Shown piece by piece: positions 61,600-64,000 of a DNA stretch of 64,000 nt (its first letter is position 1; each line of letters begins with the position of its first letter). Source of the DNA: Mobula birostris (lineage: Eukaryota); contig NC_092379.1 of the NCBI RefSeq assembly GCF_030028105.1, positions 74,325,006-74,389,005 of the forward strand. The letters are read 5' to 3'. The notes below the pieces were generated by a model. That model saw only the letters and a program-made list of their open reading frames with translations, did not search any database and was not told the origin of the DNA. The position numbers were made by a program, and so were the translations under genes.

Positions 61600-64000
61600 A
61601 GCTGAGGAACTGCAAAGGTAAAAAGACCCTGATTGGAGTAATATACAGACCCTCAAAAAGTAGTAAAGATGTTGTCTACAAATTACAACGGGAGATACAA
61701 AATATTCCCAAAAGGGCAATGTTACAATAATCATGGGGTTTTCAATCTACAGGTAGATTGGGTAAATCAGGTTGGTGCTGGATCTTAAAAGGGGGAATTT
61801 CTTGAATGGCTACAAGATGGCTTTTTAGAACAGCTTGTGTTTGAGTCCACTAGGGAATCAACTATTCTGGATTGGGTGTTGTGCAATGAACTGGAATTGA
61901 TTAGAGAGCTTAAGGTAAAGGAATCCTTAGGGAAAATGATAGAATTCACTCTGCAATTTGAGAAGGAGAAGCTAAAGTCAGATGTATCAGCATTACAGTG
62001 GAGCACAGGGAATTACAGAGGTGTGACAGAGGAGGTGGAAACTGATTGGAAAAAAACACTGGCAAGGATGATGACTGAACAACAATGGTTGGAATTTGTG
62101 AGAGCACTTCAGAAGGCACAGGATATATTCACCCCAAAGAGGTAGAAGAATTCTGAAGGCAGGATGATACAACTGTGGCTGATAAGAGAAGTCAAAGCTA
62201 ACGTAAAAGCCAAAGAGAGGGCATATAATAGAGCAAAAATTATATTTAGAGGAATAAATTTGTAGAGAGGTTACAGACTGTTGCAAGAAACATAAGGTTG
62301 ATATAGTAGGTGATTTTAACTTTCCACATATTGAATGAGACTCACATACTGTTAAATGACTAGATGGGATAGAGATTGTCATATGTGTTCAGTAAAGTTT
62401 CCTTAATCTTAACATAGAAATCCCCAACAGAGTGTGCAATACTTGATCTCCTATTCGGGAATGAGACAGGGCAGGTGATAGAAGTTTGTGAAAGGGAACA
62501 CTGCATCTAGTGAACATAATGCCATTAGTTTCAAGCTAAATATGGAAATGTATAGTTCTGGTCCTTGAGTTGAGATTTTAAATTCGACTAAGGTCAACTT
62601 GGATGGTACCAGAAAAAATCTGTCAAGTCTGGATTGGGACAGGCTGTTTTCTGGCAAAGGTGTAGTTGGTAAGTGGGAGGTCTTCAAAAGAGAAATTTTG
62701 GGAGTGCAATGCTTGTATGTGCCTGTCAGAATAAAAGTTAAAGTAACAGGTTTAGGGAATGTTGGTTATCAAGAGCTATTGAGGCCCTGGTTAAGAAAAA
62801 AAGGTGTATAGCAGGTATAGGCAGGTAGGAACAAATGAGGTGCTCATGGAGAATAAGAAATGCAAGAGAATACTTATGAAAGAAATCAGGAGGACTAAAA
62901 GAAGGTATGGGGTTGCTCTAGCAGACAAGGCAAAGGAGAATCCTAAGGGATTCTACAGGTATGTTAAGAGCAGAAGGATTGCAGGGGACTAAACTGGCTC
63001 TCTGGAAGATCTCATTGGCAATCTATGCATCAAGCCTAAAGAAATGGTGGAGACCTTAAATTAACTTTTTTGTATCTGTATTTACTTGGGAGATGGACAC
63101 AGAGTTCATAGAAGTGAGGCAATGCAGCAGTGAGGTCATGGACCATATACAGATAACAGAGGAAGAGTTGTTTGCTGTCTTGAAGCAAATTAGGGTGAAC
63201 AAATAGCCTGGGCCTGAAGGGGTGTTCCTTCAGGACCTGTGGGAGACAAGTGCATAAATTTCTAATGTTGGTCCACTGTTTCTGAAAGGCTCTAAGTATA
63301 AACCAGGAACTTATAAGTGGATGAGCCTGACATTAGTAGTGGGAAAGATATTGGAAGGTATCCTAAGAGATCTGATATATGATTACTTGGAGAGATGGAT
63401 TGATTAGGGATGGTCGGCATGGAAAATCATGTCTAACCAATTTTATAGAGTTTTTTGTGGATGTTATTAGGGAAGCTGATGAAGGCAAGGTAGTGGATGT
63501 TGTCTACATGGATTTCAGCAAGTCATTTGACAAGGTCCCGCATGGGAGGTTGGTCAAGAAAGTTCAGTCGCTTGGCATTCAAGAAGAGGTAGTAAATTGG
63601 ATTAGGCATTGGTTTTGCAGGAGAAGCCGGAGAGTAGTAGTAGATGGTTGCCTCTCTGACTGAAAGCCTGTGACTAGTGGAGTGCCACAGGGATCGGTGC
63701 TGGTCTGATGTTTGTCTTTTGTATCAGTGACCGAGATCATATTGTTGTTAGCTGGATCAGCAAATTTGCAGAAGACACCAAGACTGGGGGTGTAGTGGAT
63801 AACGATGAAGACTATCAAAGCTTGTAATGGGATCTGTATCAACAGGAAATATGGGCAGAAAAATGGCAGATTTAATTTAATGCAGGAAAACATGAGGTGT
63901 TGCTCTTTGGAAGGACCAACCAGCACAGGTCTTATAAAGTGAGCCACTAGGACACAGAGTTTAGAAGAAGAAAGGGATCTGGGAATCCAGGTCCACAGTT
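61600..64000 (+). mobile_element. Two abutting CR1 ORF2 fragments (junction ~62243), running off the window
   Basis: ILDWVLCNE..MIEFTLQFE; then IVGDFNFP, KENPKGFYRYVKSRR, VDVVYMDFSKSFDKVPH, GVPQGSVL. Confidence 0.9.

Overview
Vertebrate genomic DNA, most likely from a cartilaginous fish (probably a ray). This is inferred from the mix of CR1, Rex1, Penelope, HE1/V-SINE and SacSINE-like repeats. The only host gene is the 3' half of SUCLA2 on the + strand: six coding exons (139/162/143/121/89/75 bp, all GT-AG) from 7737 to the stop at 35581, then the 3' UTR and intergenic DNA. The rest is mostly nested mobile DNA: many CR1 and Rex1 LINE fragments, Penelope-like elements with minimal hammerhead-ribozyme motifs, three hAT elements with 8-bp TSDs, Tigger and Tc1 MITEs, and four solo LTRs. 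Two near-identical IR/DR Tc1 copies lie in inverted orientation around SUCLA2 exons 6-8, and one still has an uninterrupted 340-aa DD34E ORF. At 53.3-60.6 kb on the minus strand is a decayed retroviral complex with no recognisable RT. It has an LTR, a tRNA-Asn PBS, Gag with PPPY and PTAP late domains, a Cys-rich env-like segment, an unexplained post-env region, and a second gag(2x CCHC)-protease block. My best guess is that it is lokiretrovirus-like. Family assignments come from motif recognition, not database searches. Boundaries of old repeats are approximate.
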